From NCBI GenBank assembly GCA_036785375.1, contig JAWMAR010000153.1, positions 3,844,001 to 3,908,000 on the forward strand: a DNA stretch of 64,000 nucleotides, in the 5' to 3' direction. Positions 36,529-47,741 of the stretch are shown here, piece by piece. Made by a program: the position numbers and the translations under genes. A model generated the notes under the pieces. That model was not told the DNA's origin, made no database searches, and was given only the letters and a program-made list of their open reading frames with translations. Positions within the stretch are counted from its first letter, which is position 1, and every line of letters starts with the position of its first letter. The DNA comes from Leucoraja ocellata (lineage: Eukaryota).

Positions 36529-39104
36529 TACAAATTGAATTGAATTGAATTGAATTCTTTTATTGTCATTCAGACCTTATGGTCTGAACGAAATTTCGTG
36601 CCTGCAGTCATACATAAAATAATACAATAATAAACAACACTAAACACAAATTAACATCCACCACAGTGTATCCTCCAAGCACCTCCTCACTGTGGTGGAG
36701 GCAAAAATCTTAGGGCTGCAGTCTCTTCCCTCCTCTTCTCCCTCTGCGCTGAGGCGATTCCCCACCGGACGATGGTACAAACAGTCCCGCGACACACCGA
36801 ACCCCGCAAACTGGCCGGCTCAAACACTGCGGTGGTGAGTGTATGGAATGAACTGCCGGAGGAGGTAGTCGAGGCAAGTCGTATCGCAACGTTTAAGAAA
36901 CAGACAGGTGCATGGATAGGACAGGTTTGGAGGGATATGGGCCAAACGCAGGCAGGTGGGACTAGTGCAGATGGGACATGTTGGTCGGTGTGGGCTAGTT
37001 GGGCCGAAGGGCCTGTTTCCATGCTGCATGACTCTGAGGTAAAAGACATTAAGATCCTTTCCATAACCTTCCTGTATTTTAAAATAAATGGATTTGTCAT
37101 TATACATCCAGCCCCTGTCTACCTGCTTCTGGAGATATTGATTTAGTTCAAATGTATTAATTGATCTCTTGGTCTAGACAAGTTTGTCGGGTTCATGTGT
37201 TAAATGGTCATCCATTTGCTTATTTTGTTTGATACATCTACATGAGTATGGCTGGCAAAGAGGGCACAAAGACTACATGGTTTTGATTGATGTAGATGTG
37301 ACCGTGACGGTATTGCTGGCATTACAATTCTGCCAATGTTGCAAATTCTAATGTATTAACCGGTGTGCTAGATTGGTATGCAGCATTTGGCCAATGATTC
37401 AAGGTACTTTGAGAAACTTTTTAAGATTACGGTGGCAAATGCAAACTTCTGCATTGAAATGATCAATTTTGGTGAAGCAATCGAATACCTGGAAATAGGG
37501 AAAATGTGACAGATCTTGAGTGATGTGGTGTGGGAATGAAAATGTTGCTTTTAGTTTAGTTTAGAGATATAGCGTGGAAAGGTGTGGAAACAGGCCCTTC
37601 GGCCCACTAAGTCCATGCTGACCAGTGATTGCCAGTACACTAGTTCCATGTTATTCCAGTTTTGCATCCTATACATTGAAGGCAATTTAACAAAGCCAGT
37701 TAGCCCATGTTAAAGTAATGGTGGAAGAGCGTAGGAAGGAACAGCAGATGCTGATTTACACTGAAGATAGACACAAAATGCTGGAATAACTCAGTAGGAT
37801 AGGCAGCATCTCTGGGGAGAAGAAATGGGTTGTCTTGCCCTGAAATGTCACCCATTCCTTCTCTCCATAGATGCTGCCAGTCTCACTGAGTTACTCCAGC
37901 ATTCAATGTTGGAAAAAGTTTGGGGAGATGGTGATTGCTGTGGTAGACAGAGCACATTTTCTTTACGGTGCTGCATGCCTTTATTGTTAGTAATGCAGTG
38001 TGAGCTTAATTTGCAAGGTTTAACAAAATTCTCAAATCAATCAAAGAAATCTCTGAACATATGAACAAGATTTCTTTAGGCCTTGTGTTGCAAGATTGAT
38101 TGAATGATGTAGCATGGACATGGGCTCCTTGGCCCAAGGAACATCGATTACCCATTCACACTGGTCCTAAATTATCCCACTTTTGCATCCACTCCCATGT
38201 TCATGTCATAGTCCCGGAATTGGGCTGTTCGGCCCATTAAGTCTACTTCGCCATTCAATCATGGCTGATCTATCTTTCCCTCTCAATTCCATTCTTCTGC
38301 CTTCTCTGCATTCCCTTTGACGCCCTTGCTAATCACCAAGCAGTCAATTTCTGTTTTAAAAATAGCCAATGACGTCCTCACGACTCTCTGTGGCAATGAA
38401 TTCCACAGATTAACCACCGTCTGACTATAGAAATTCTTCCTCATCTCCTTACTGAAGGTATGTTCTTTTATTTTGCCCCCTGGTCCAAGACACAATATGG
38501 ACACACTTATCTGTTTTGTAGTAAATGCCTACTATGTTCTGTGTGCTTAAGCAAAGCAAGAATTTCATTGTCCTATACAGGGACACATGACAATAAACTT
38601 ACTTGAACATTTGAACTTGACTCTCCACATCCATTCTATCCAGGCCTTTCTCTATTTGGTAAGTTTCAATGAGTTTCACTATGCACTTGGGACAATTTAC
38701 AGAGGCCAATTATCCTACAAACCCACACATCTTTCGGATGTGGAGGAAGCCAGAAGAAACTAATGCAGTCACAGAGAGAATGTGCAATCTCCACTCAGAG
38801 CACCATCAGTCTGGATCGAACCTGGGTCTCTGCCCTGTGAGGCAGCAGCTCTACCAGCTGCACCACTCTGCTGCCCTTTATACACTCTAAAGAAATGTTG
38901 CTTGACCCACTCAGTTCCTCCAGCACGTTATGTTTGCTCACTATGTATCTGGTGACCATTGGAAATAAAGTATCTTGTTCTGCATCTGTTGGCTGCCCTT
39001 TAAACAAAAACTGAAATGACTGGGGAAAGTGATGTTCAGCACTTTTATATGGGTTAGTGCTGTGTGTAGGAAATGAACCATCGTTCTGCCATTACTTGCA
39101 CTTT

Positions 39105-39284
39105 GCGGCGGCGCAGAACTGAGTTGCTGCCTTACAGCGCTTGCAGCACCGGAGACCCGGGTTTGATCCCGACTATGGTTGGTATCTGTACGGAGTTTGT
39201 ACCTTCTCCCCGTGACCTGCGTGGGTTTTCTCCGAGACCTTTGGTTTACTCCAAAGAGGTACAGGTATGTAGGTAAATTGGCTT
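39105..39284 (+). mobile_element. V-SINE 5' half split by a Penelope element (3' half at 41898-42020)
   Basis: Ends TGTAGGTAAATTGGCTT; resumes TGGCTTGGGAAATGTAAATTGTCCC...GGCCGAAGGGCCTGTTTC...CTAAAC. Confidence 0.8.
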
Positions 39285-41897
39285 AGACAAAAATGCTGGA
39301 GAAACTCAGCGGGTGAGGCAGCATCTGTGGAGCGCAGGAAATAGGCAACGTTTCGGGTTGAGACCCTTCTTCAGACTGTTGAGAGGGTGGGGAGGGGGGT
39401 AGAAGAAAGGAAGAAGCGGAGACAGTGGGCTGAGGGAGAGCTGAGAAGGGGAGGAGAAAGTAAGGACTACCTGAAATTGGAGAAGTCCATGATCATACTG
39501 CTGGGGTGTAAACTGCCCAAGGTGCTGCTTGAGGTGCTGCTCCTCCAATTTACGGTGGGCCTCACTCTGGCCATGGAGGAGGCCCAGGACAGAAAGGTCG
39601 GATTCAGAATGGGAGGGGGAGTTGAAGTTTTGAGCCACTGGGAGATCAGGTTGGTTAATGCGAACTGAGCGGAGGTGTTTGGCGAAGCGATCGGCAAGCC
39701 TACGCTGGGTCTCACCGATGTAGAGCAGTTGACACCTAGAGCAGCGGATGCAATAGATGAGGTTGGAGGAGGTGCAGGTGAACCTCTGCCGCACCTGGAA
39801 AGACTGCTTGGGTCCTTGAATGGAGTCAAAGGGGGAGGTAAAGCGACAAGTGTAGCATTTCCTGCGGTTGCAAGGGAAAGTGCCAGGAGAGGGGGTGTTT
39901 TGGGTGGTCTGGGACGAATTAACCAGGGAGTTATGGATGGAGCGGTCTCTGTGGAAAGCAGCAAGGGGAGGAGACGGGAAGATGTGGCCAGTGGTGGGAT
40001 CCCGTTGGAGGTGGCGTAAATGTCGGAGGATTATTTGTTGTATGTGACGGCTGGTAGGGTGGAAGGTGAGGACAAGGGGGAGTGAGAGCAGAGTTACGGG
40101 GTATAGAAGAGACCCTGGTGAGAGCCTTATCTATAGTAGAAGAGGGGAACCCCCGCTCCCTGAAAAATGAGGACATCTCCGATGCCCTGGTGTGGAACAC
40201 CTCATCCTGGGAGCAGATGCGAAGTAGACTGAGGAATTGGGAGTAGCGGATGGAGTCCTTACAGGAAGCAGGGTGGGAAGAAGTGTAGTGGGTTCATAGT
40301 GTCAAGTCAAGTTGTCACATTTATTTATATAGCACATTTAAAAAACAACTCTCGTTGGCCAAAGTGCTTTACATTTGTTATAAGAATAGCACAATAGTGG
40401 ATGTCGGTCAGGAGTCTATCACCTGCGATGGAGATAGTGAGGTCTGGAAATGGTAGGAAAATGTTGGAAATGGTCCAGGTGTATTTGAGTGCCAGATGGA
40501 AGTTAGTGGTGAAATGGATGAAGTCAGTGAGTTGTGTGTGGGTGCAGGAGGTAGCACCAGTGCAGTCGTCAATGTAGCAGAGGTTGGGGATGGGGCCCTG
40601 GTACGCCTCGAACAAGGATTGTTCGATGTACCCTACAAAGAGGCAGGCATAGCTAGGGTCCATAGCCACGCCTTGTATTTGGAGAAAATGGGAGGAGTCA
40701 AACGAAAAGTTATTGAGGGTAAGGACCAGCTCCGCTAGGCGGAGGAGGGTATCAGTAGATGGGGATTGGTTGGTTCTGCGGTCAAGGAAGAAATGGAGGG
40801 CTTTAAGACCCTCCTGGTGGGGGATGGAGGTGTAGAGTGACTGGACGTCCATGGTGAAGATGAGGGAATGGGGGCCTAGAAAACGGAAGTCCTGGAGAAG
40901 ACGAAGAGCGTGTGAGGTGTCTTGAACGTAGGGAGGGATTTGACCAGGGGAGGAAATAGGATGGTCGAGGTATGTGGAAATAGGTTCGGTGGGCCAAGAA
41001 CAAGCAGAAATAATGGGTCTGCCAGGACACTCAGGTTTGTGGATTTTGGGGATAAGGTAAAATCGGGTCGTGCGGGGCTGGGGAACGATGAGGTTGGAGG
41101 CTTGGGAGGGCAGGGAGCCGGAAGTGATGCAGTCAGTGATAGTGTTAGAGATCATGGCCTGGTGCTCGTCTGTGGGGTCATGGTCCAAGGATAAGTAGGA
41201 GGAGGTGTCTGAGAGTTGGCGCGTGGCCTCAGCCTTGTAGAGATCAGCGCGCCAGGGGGGGGGGCGAGGGCTCCTTCCCATGGACAAACGCTTTGATGCG
41301 GAGGCGACGGAAGAAGAGCTCCACATCGTGGTGGATGCAGAACTGATTGAGGTGAGGACGGAGGGGAACAAAGGTGAGGCCTCTGCTGAGGACAGACCAT
41401 TCAGTATGAGAGTGGGGAAGGTCATAGGAGATGGTGAACACACGGCAAGGATGGGGGTTGGAGCCGGAGGATGGGGGGGTGGTGGGTGGTCAGGGAGGAA
41501 GGTGGTATGAGGACCATAGTGTGGGTGAGGAGGACCTGGGGCCATATGGTTTGAGGGGGAAGGGGGAGTCCCAGTGGAACAACCACTGAGGTTTCCGGTG
41601 TTAGTTGGGACGAGCACTAGGACCCAGCACAGTCAGATCCCGTGAAGTCAGGGTCTGCAGCGTGAAGACTTCAGGCCCGGTGCTGAGCCTAGGACTCGGG
41701 TAAGGCGACGGCTGTGGCCTGCTGGAGAGCAGTGGAGCGGCGAGGATCAGGAGAGTTGATGGTGGAGGCCCGCGGGGAGTGGAGTCCGGGTCAGCGGGCA
41801 AAATGTAGGAGGTCCCGGATGGCCGGTGAGGCAGTGAGGTTTGACTGTCCTGGTGAGGCGTAGAGGTTCGACTGGCCCGTTGAGGCGGAGAGGTGAG
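39285..41897 (-). mobile_element. Penelope-like element, longer decayed copy (RT plus GIY-YIG, frameshifted)
   Basis: Fragments LSRGLTFVP, FYLIPKIHKPECPGRPIIS, TMDVQSLYTSIPH, YIDD and NLIYCIRCSRCQLLYIGET; TGGCTT duplicated at 39279-39284 and 41898-41903; interrupted near 40295-40395 by a short unrelated LINE/SINE tail. Confidence 0.92.
39347..39374 (-). ncRNA. Minimal hammerhead ribozyme motif at Penelope terminus
   Basis: Reverse complement CTGAAGAAGGGTCTCAACCCGAAACGTT. Confidence 0.7.
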
Positions 41898-44375
41898 TGG
41901 CTTGGGAAATGTAAATTGTCCCTAGTGTGTGTAGGATTGTGTTCATGTGCAGGGATCGTTGGTCAGTGCAGACTCGATGGGCCGAAGGGCCTGTTTCTGC
42001 GCCGCATTTCTAAACTAAACGAAGGCCACAGTTGCAAGGTTAGCCACGGTTCGGGGAGGGTTCAAAGCGACCACTTTGTCGAAGCCAAGTGTATTCCCCT
42101 ATTTGAAGTAACTCACAACTGCCCCCTTCCTCTAGTACGCCCCTGAACCCCAGCTAGCTTTGGGCTGGTTTCTCCCCTTCATCTTCCCCTGCACAGTTTC
42201 CAATTCGTAACTTTTTTATCCCTGCACTTAATAATTCGCAACTCTTCTCGGGCTTGCACCTATCTTTTCATCTCTGGCCTTTGTCCAACAATCTGCCTAA
42301 CAAAATATCCCCCTGGCTTGTGTTCATCGATTACCGGCCATGCTCTCTCCTGCACCTTCTCTTTCCAAGTTTTCCTTCCTGCTCCCCTGCAGTCAGTGAA
42401 GAAGGGTTCCAACTCAAAGTGTCGTCTCCAGAGACGTTGCCCGAGCCGCTGAGTTACACCAGCGCTTTGGGACTTTCTTCTTGTAGCCAATGCTCTGCCC
42501 GATAACGGTAAACATGCCTCATACCATCACCTTTGCCACCTTCAGGGAATTTACGAGAGTCAAATGAGCAGTATGACTATCTGCTAACAGACAAAATTCC
42601 AATTTTTTTTACATTGCTTGGTAAATTTATGTGGCACTTTATGCAAGAAGTCAAAGGCAGGCACAGGTTTCAGTTGAAGTTAGCTGAGACAGCAAAAATT
42701 TGGATGAGGCAACACAGGCATAATTCTATTCTTTAGTTTAGTTTCGAGCTACAATGTGGAAACTGCCTGCGGCCCACCAAGTCCATACTATCCATTGATC
42801 ACCTGTACACTAGTTCTATGTCCTACACCCGAGGGGCAATTTACAGAAGCCACTTAACCTGAAAACTTGCACGTCTTAGAAGGAAAAAGGCGCACCTGGA
42901 GCAAACACACTTGGTCAGAGGGAAAACGTACAAACTACATACAGACAGCACAGGTAGTCAGGATTGAATCCGGGTCACTGGCGCTTTGAGGTTAACAGCT
43001 TTACAGCTGCGCTACAGTGCCATTCCATTTTGGTCACATTACATATATTTACGTAATAAATTCTCACACTCACACTCGCACACACACACACACAGTGATG
43101 GGAGGAATGAAAATAAGTTATTTTTTTTATCGCGTGCAAATTAGCTTGCTGCACAACGATGTAAATCAGGCAAATTAGATTTTTATCTTGCACTAAACAT
43201 TATTCCCTTATCATATATCTGTACACTGTGGATGGCTCGACTGTAATCATGTATTGTCTCCGCTGAATGGTTAGCACGCAACAAAAGCTTTTCCCTGTAC
43301 CTCGGTACACGTGGCAATAAACTAAACTAAATAAACTAAACTGAACTAAAACTGATGGAGAAAAAAAGTTCCAGAAAATGTTGGAAAAAATCGTAGGTTC
43401 GCATTGCTGGCTGTTACTGGGTTGCAACATTCCAACTGGGAGCAAAGACAAACAGCGAGTTTGATTGAAGATGAAACGCTGGATGATTCTGTTGCCAGCC
43501 AAGCTAGAGGCCAGTTATTTGCACCTTTTTGTGAGCCTGCACTGAGGTTCTTTGCATGTGGTGAAATTGCTGGATTGTGGATACGTACACATTGGGGTGA
43601 ATGAATCTTGTTGCAATAATTTAGGTCTGGTAATTCATCTTTGAGGCACCCTTTTAATGTTGTGATTTATGGTCCCAATGTTTCCCACAACCACGTTGCT
43701 CCGGCAAAGGAAACAATGAAGCTGTGGAGAATCGCACTTTTAGGTTGAGACACATTGGATCGGATTCTTTGTTAATGTATTTTCCTCTCTCTCTCTCTCC
43801 TTTTTTATCTTTGTGTGCTCACGAGTGACTTTTGTATACGATTATCCATTTTTAGCTATTGAAAGCCTGCATTTTAGCAACACCTGATGTCCTGCATTTA
43901 ATGTGTTTAGAAATTTCCCCAAATTTTTTCTCGCGATGCATCTTTGTAAACAGCTCAGCCCAGTCAGTGCCACAAGTTGCTTGTAAGCTGACCGGAAGAT
44001 TTAAAAAAATTATTTGATTTGCATTTAAAATGTCATTATCTTTCCTTTGTTTTCTGTTGGTTGGTAATCTTCGATTAAATTATTGTATTCCTTTACCCCA
44101 ATGAAGGGAATTGCAACTTAGGACAAATTTGCTCAATAATTTGACCACACTCTAAAGTTGCCTGTGAAAGTTAAATTATGTTTGCAGCCACTAATAGTCA
44201 GTCAGATAATAACATAAAGTTTTTCCACCTTTGTTTAGAACCTGATTTTCTCATTTTATGTTTCAGGATGATAATGGTTGAGCAGGTATACGCCAGACTT
44301 TGCGGTGCTGATGTGGGTCGATGTGCGATTGATCCAATTTTCAGCTGATTGCACCTGTATTTGGACACAGTTGCC

Positions 44376-47300
44376 ATGGAAACCGGCAGCAGTGCGGAGA
44401 CGGCTGGAACAAAGGCTTTGTCTCCTGGCCGTGGGGAAGTTGCCAGAGGGATCCAGACCCAGGGAGCAGCTGTTCCCGCACCGTACGACTGTGCTGATGC
44501 CACTGACACCGAGCAATCTTCCGGGAAGCTGAGGAAAACGGCATTTAAGCTGTTTGGAGGACGGAAGAGCATTTGCACACTACCGAGCTTTTTCACTATT
44601 AAGAACAAAGGACAAGTAAAGGGATTCTCCAAAAAGGGAGTCGCTAAAAGCAAAACTCTCAATGGCATAAGTGAAGTGGCTTTGGACGTTAACCAAAAAG
44701 AAGGGCTCGATACCGCGTGGAGCGGATGCCATGATTCGTCCAGCTGGAGCTCCGTGGCGTCGAGAACCTTGCGCGGCTCAAAGAGCGAGCACTGTGCACT
44801 TGACAACAATGTCCAGTGCGACTTCCGCAAAAGTGAATCCCTAGAGTCGGAGAACACTAAATGCTTCGTTCCCAAGGGAAGCGCTGACAAGCCCCTGGCT
44901 GAGCGGAGGTCGAAGAAGGGCCTGAGGGGTCTCTTTAACAGCATCAGGCGTCATAGAAAGAACAAAGCTGTTGATTCGGCTAAAGGAGATCCACAGGGCA
45001 GTAACCATGCTGCTGCCGCTGGGGTTCTTGCACACGCAGAACAAACGACAGCACACCGAGGAGTGGGGGTCGAATATAAGAAGGGTTTGGTGGAACTAAA
45101 TCTGAAGCCTTCATGTAAAATGAACTGTGCAGGAACAGGTGACTCTGTGGATAAAGCTGAAACCGCAAACAGTACAAGTTCTTCCCCTGAATCATGCGCT
45201 TTCAAAGTCGATAAACCCTCCAGAAATAAGAGGAGTGAGTTAGAGACATCGGGTACAGAGGTAAGGAAAATCAATGTCGGTGAATGTAAGGCACAAAATA
45301 GGAAGCCTGGTGGTGCTATTTCTAATCTGAACTCCAGTTTTGGTAGCATGCCTGATATTGTAAAACCTACTTGCATAGATCGTGACCCACCATCTGTGCA
45401 TTCTTTTGATCAGGCCAGCTTGATTTTTGGTGATGTGACTTCACTGAAGAGCTTCGATTCCCTGACGGGTTGTGGGGATATTATTGCCGACCACGACGAC
45501 GATAGTATTGCCGAAAGCACGGTGTCGGGAGAGAGGAGTAGAGCGGCGGGGAAACGGAGCTCTTGCTTGGTCACTTATCAGGGTGGCGGGGAAGAAATGG
45601 CAACTCCCGACGAGGTGGAGGATGAGTATCTTAAAGTGCTGTGGGAGAAAGCGACAGGGACGGGTGCCATGTTTGACAGCAGCCAGAATATAGCCGAGGA
45701 TGGCGGCGAGTGCTTGCGGTCGCCCAGTGATGCGGAGCATTCGGCCCTGCATATTAACTTGTCGGATCCTTGTTCGCTGCGTGGGATCACCGATAGTGCA
45801 ATCAACAGCAGCGAACTGGTGACGCCGCAGAGCGACCATCAGGAGTCGGCGCCAAACAGCGATGAAGGTTATTATGACTCCACCACCCCAGGGCATGATG
45901 AGGAAGGAGGAGACAGTATTAGCGAAAGCAAAAATGACCGACTTCCAAGGGACAGCTACAGTGGCGACGCCTTGTATGAACTTTTTGAGCAGAATGATAG
46001 TCTTATAAACTCCCCTCCAAGTGATGAGCATTCTTTGGAAACCAAGCCACCTTCTTTGGGTGCCTCACTTACATCCATTTTAAGTTTTTCCTTACCAGTG
46101 GACACAAATGTCCCTTGTATTCCAAGTAAGCAAAGCATTATGATTCCTTCAGAACAAGAGAAATGTTATTTTATTCAGGAAGATGAAATCAAATTAGATC
46201 ACCTACAGCAGCAACTAACATGTTGGGAGTCGGATGGGAAAATGATGTTCGTGAAAGACCCATCCATGAGGGGAAAGGAAAGATTCTCGGGTGATCTACT
46301 TGAGACCGAATTTAGTAAAACGGGCACAGATGCTGTGGGCGTCATTGCTAAAAATCAGCAAACTGCTGTGAACACAGAACCACTTATTTCAAGTAACGTG
46401 AGCAAAACTGGGAAGACAAAAGTTGAGTACTTGTCTGAGGCAGCTGATGGGCAGAACTGGGCGAAACTCCAAAGAGTTTGTCCAAAGGAAAATGATAATA
46501 AATACCTGATGTGTAAGCGGAACATGTGTGAGAATTACAACATATCAAAACTTCACAATATATCAGGAGCAGGGTGTACACAAGAATACAGCAATGAAAA
46601 CTGTGGTGAGTGGGGTCAAGAAGTGAAAAATTGTGAGGATCAAAATATGAAGAAAATAGTCCAGAACAATGGAATGGTTGATGGTTTAAGTGAAAGTTCC
46701 TCTGACTATCGAGAGATGGGAAAGGCTGAGGAGAATTTTGAACAAGCTATCAACTACTCGCAGGCTTTAGTTGAATTCACAGCCAACAGAAAACTTTATC
46801 CCAATCTTTCTGAAAGCCTTGGGAATTCTGACTCTGGGTCGCTGGCAGAGGATATGCATGCTCTGCCGGCAATGGTAACGTTTGACGTCGTTGATGTTGA
46901 GAACGAGGAGGAATGCGACCAGCAGAGTGAAATGGTCACGGACGAAGAGATCTCTGCATCTTACGAGGCCTTTGATGACAGTTACTTGGAGAAAGATCCC
47001 TACCACCATTGCGACGACAGAATGTTTCAGAGCTGTGCCCAGAATTCTTCGCTTGCAGTTTGCTGGGGAGTTGCCAGTCTTCCAAGGCACAGTAGCCTTT
47101 ACAAACTAAATCCTTCATTGCCTTCTCCATTATCACTTAGCAAAAGGAGCAGGTCCCTAGACACCGACAGCTTGGAATCTGAACTCACTGATTTGTATCT
47201 GTCAAAGGTCACTGCAACATCAAAGAGCACCCCGCAGTCTCCCGATGTTCCTCCCTATGAATGGGATGGCAGGAAAGCTTCCGCTTGTCACTGGCTTGGC

Positions 47301-47741
47301 AAAAGAACTGGTCCGCTGGCTTCCTCGGAAGCCCCAGAGGCTGTATATGACTTGCGACGGTCGGGGCAGCAACTGGTCCAATACAGGGAGGAACCCGTGT
47401 CTTTGGAGAAGAAAAAAGCAGCATTTAATTCTTTCTGCCCCTCAGAGTCAGACTTGGATAAGCTGCATTCTAATCAGTCTGGAGATTTGAGTTTACAATG
47501 TAAATCTAATTCAGTTAAACAGACAGCTCAACACCAGTCTACTAGTAAAAGGAATCTGGAACCTGTAATTAAGAATAAAATGCCTCACAATTCAAGGAAA
47601 TTGGTTAGGCCCTCTCACCTTCCATTGGAAAATGATGATTGTGTGTTGCAGACTGGTTCTTTTAGTTCTTCAAGGGAAAATACTAATGGCAAAGGGGCAT
47701 GTGTTTCCTTAAATGAAAAGGGGGGAGGAGGATTTCTGTAA
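44376..47741 (+). CDS. AMER1: APC membrane recruitment protein 1 (AMER1/WTX), single coding exon, about 1121 aa
   Basis: Kozak GCCATGG; conserved motifs KLRKTAFKLFGGRKSICTLPSFF, KKGLRGLFNSIRRHRK, FGDVTSLKSFDSLTGCGDIIA, KRSSCLVTYQGGGEEMA, PNSDEGYYDSTTPG, LPRDSYSGDALYE, LPAMVTFD and WGVASLPRH; neighbours ASB12 and MTMR8. Exon acceptor tttcag at 44266. Confidence 0.96.
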   Translation: METGSSAETAGTKALSPGRGEVARGIQTQGAAVPAPYDCADATDTEQSSGKLRKTAFKLFGGRKSICTLPSFFTIKNKGQVKGFSKKGVAKSKTLNGISEVALDVNQKEGLDTAWSGCHDSSSWSSVASRTLRGSKSEHCALDNNVQCDFRKSESLESENTKCFVPKGSADKPLAERRSKKGLRGLFNSIRRHRKNKAVDSAKGDPQGSNHAAAAGVLAHAEQTTAHRGVGVEYKKGLVELNLKPSCKMNCAGTGDSVDKAETANSTSSSPESCAFKVDKPSRNKRSELETSGTEVRKINVGECKAQNRKPGGAISNLNSSFGSMPDIVKPTCIDRDPPSVHSFDQASLIFGDVTSLKSFDSLTGCGDIIADHDDDSIAESTVSGERSRAAGKRSSCLVTYQGGGEEMATPDEVEDEYLKVLWEKATGTGAMFDSSQNIAEDGGECLRSPSDAEHSALHINLSDPCSLRGITDSAINSSELVTPQSDHQESAPNSDEGYYDSTTPGHDEEGGDSISESKNDRLPRDSYSGDALYELFEQNDSLINSPPSDEHSLETKPPSLGASLTSILSFSLPVDTNVPCIPSKQSIMIPSEQEKCYFIQEDEIKLDHLQQQLTCWESDGKMMFVKDPSMRGKERFSGDLLETEFSKTGTDAVGVIAKNQQTAVNTEPLISSNVSKTGKTKVEYLSEAADGQNWAKLQRVCPKENDNKYLMCKRNMCENYNISKLHNISGAGCTQEYSNENCGEWGQEVKNCEDQNMKKIVQNNGMVDGLSESSSDYREMGKAEENFEQAINYSQALVEFTANRKLYPNLSESLGNSDSGSLAEDMHALPAMVTFDVVDVENEEECDQQSEMVTDEEISASYEAFDDSYLEKDPYHHCDDRMFQSCAQNSSLAVCWGVASLPRHSSLYKLNPSLPSPLSLSKRSRSLDTDSLESELTDLYLSKVTATSKSTPQSPDVPPYEWDGRKASACHWLGKRTGPLASSEAPEAVYDLRRSGQQLVQYREEPVSLEKKKAAFNSFCPSESDLDKLHSNQSGDLSLQCKSNSVKQTAQHQSTSKRNLEPVIKNKMPHNSRKLVRPSHLPLENDDCVLQTGSFSSSRENTNGKGACVSLNEKGGGGFL

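Noticed and set aside
44198-47136. Antisense ORFs (248, 196, 141 aa and others) over AMER1
   Set aside because: Shadow frames of a long coding exon; no independent signals.
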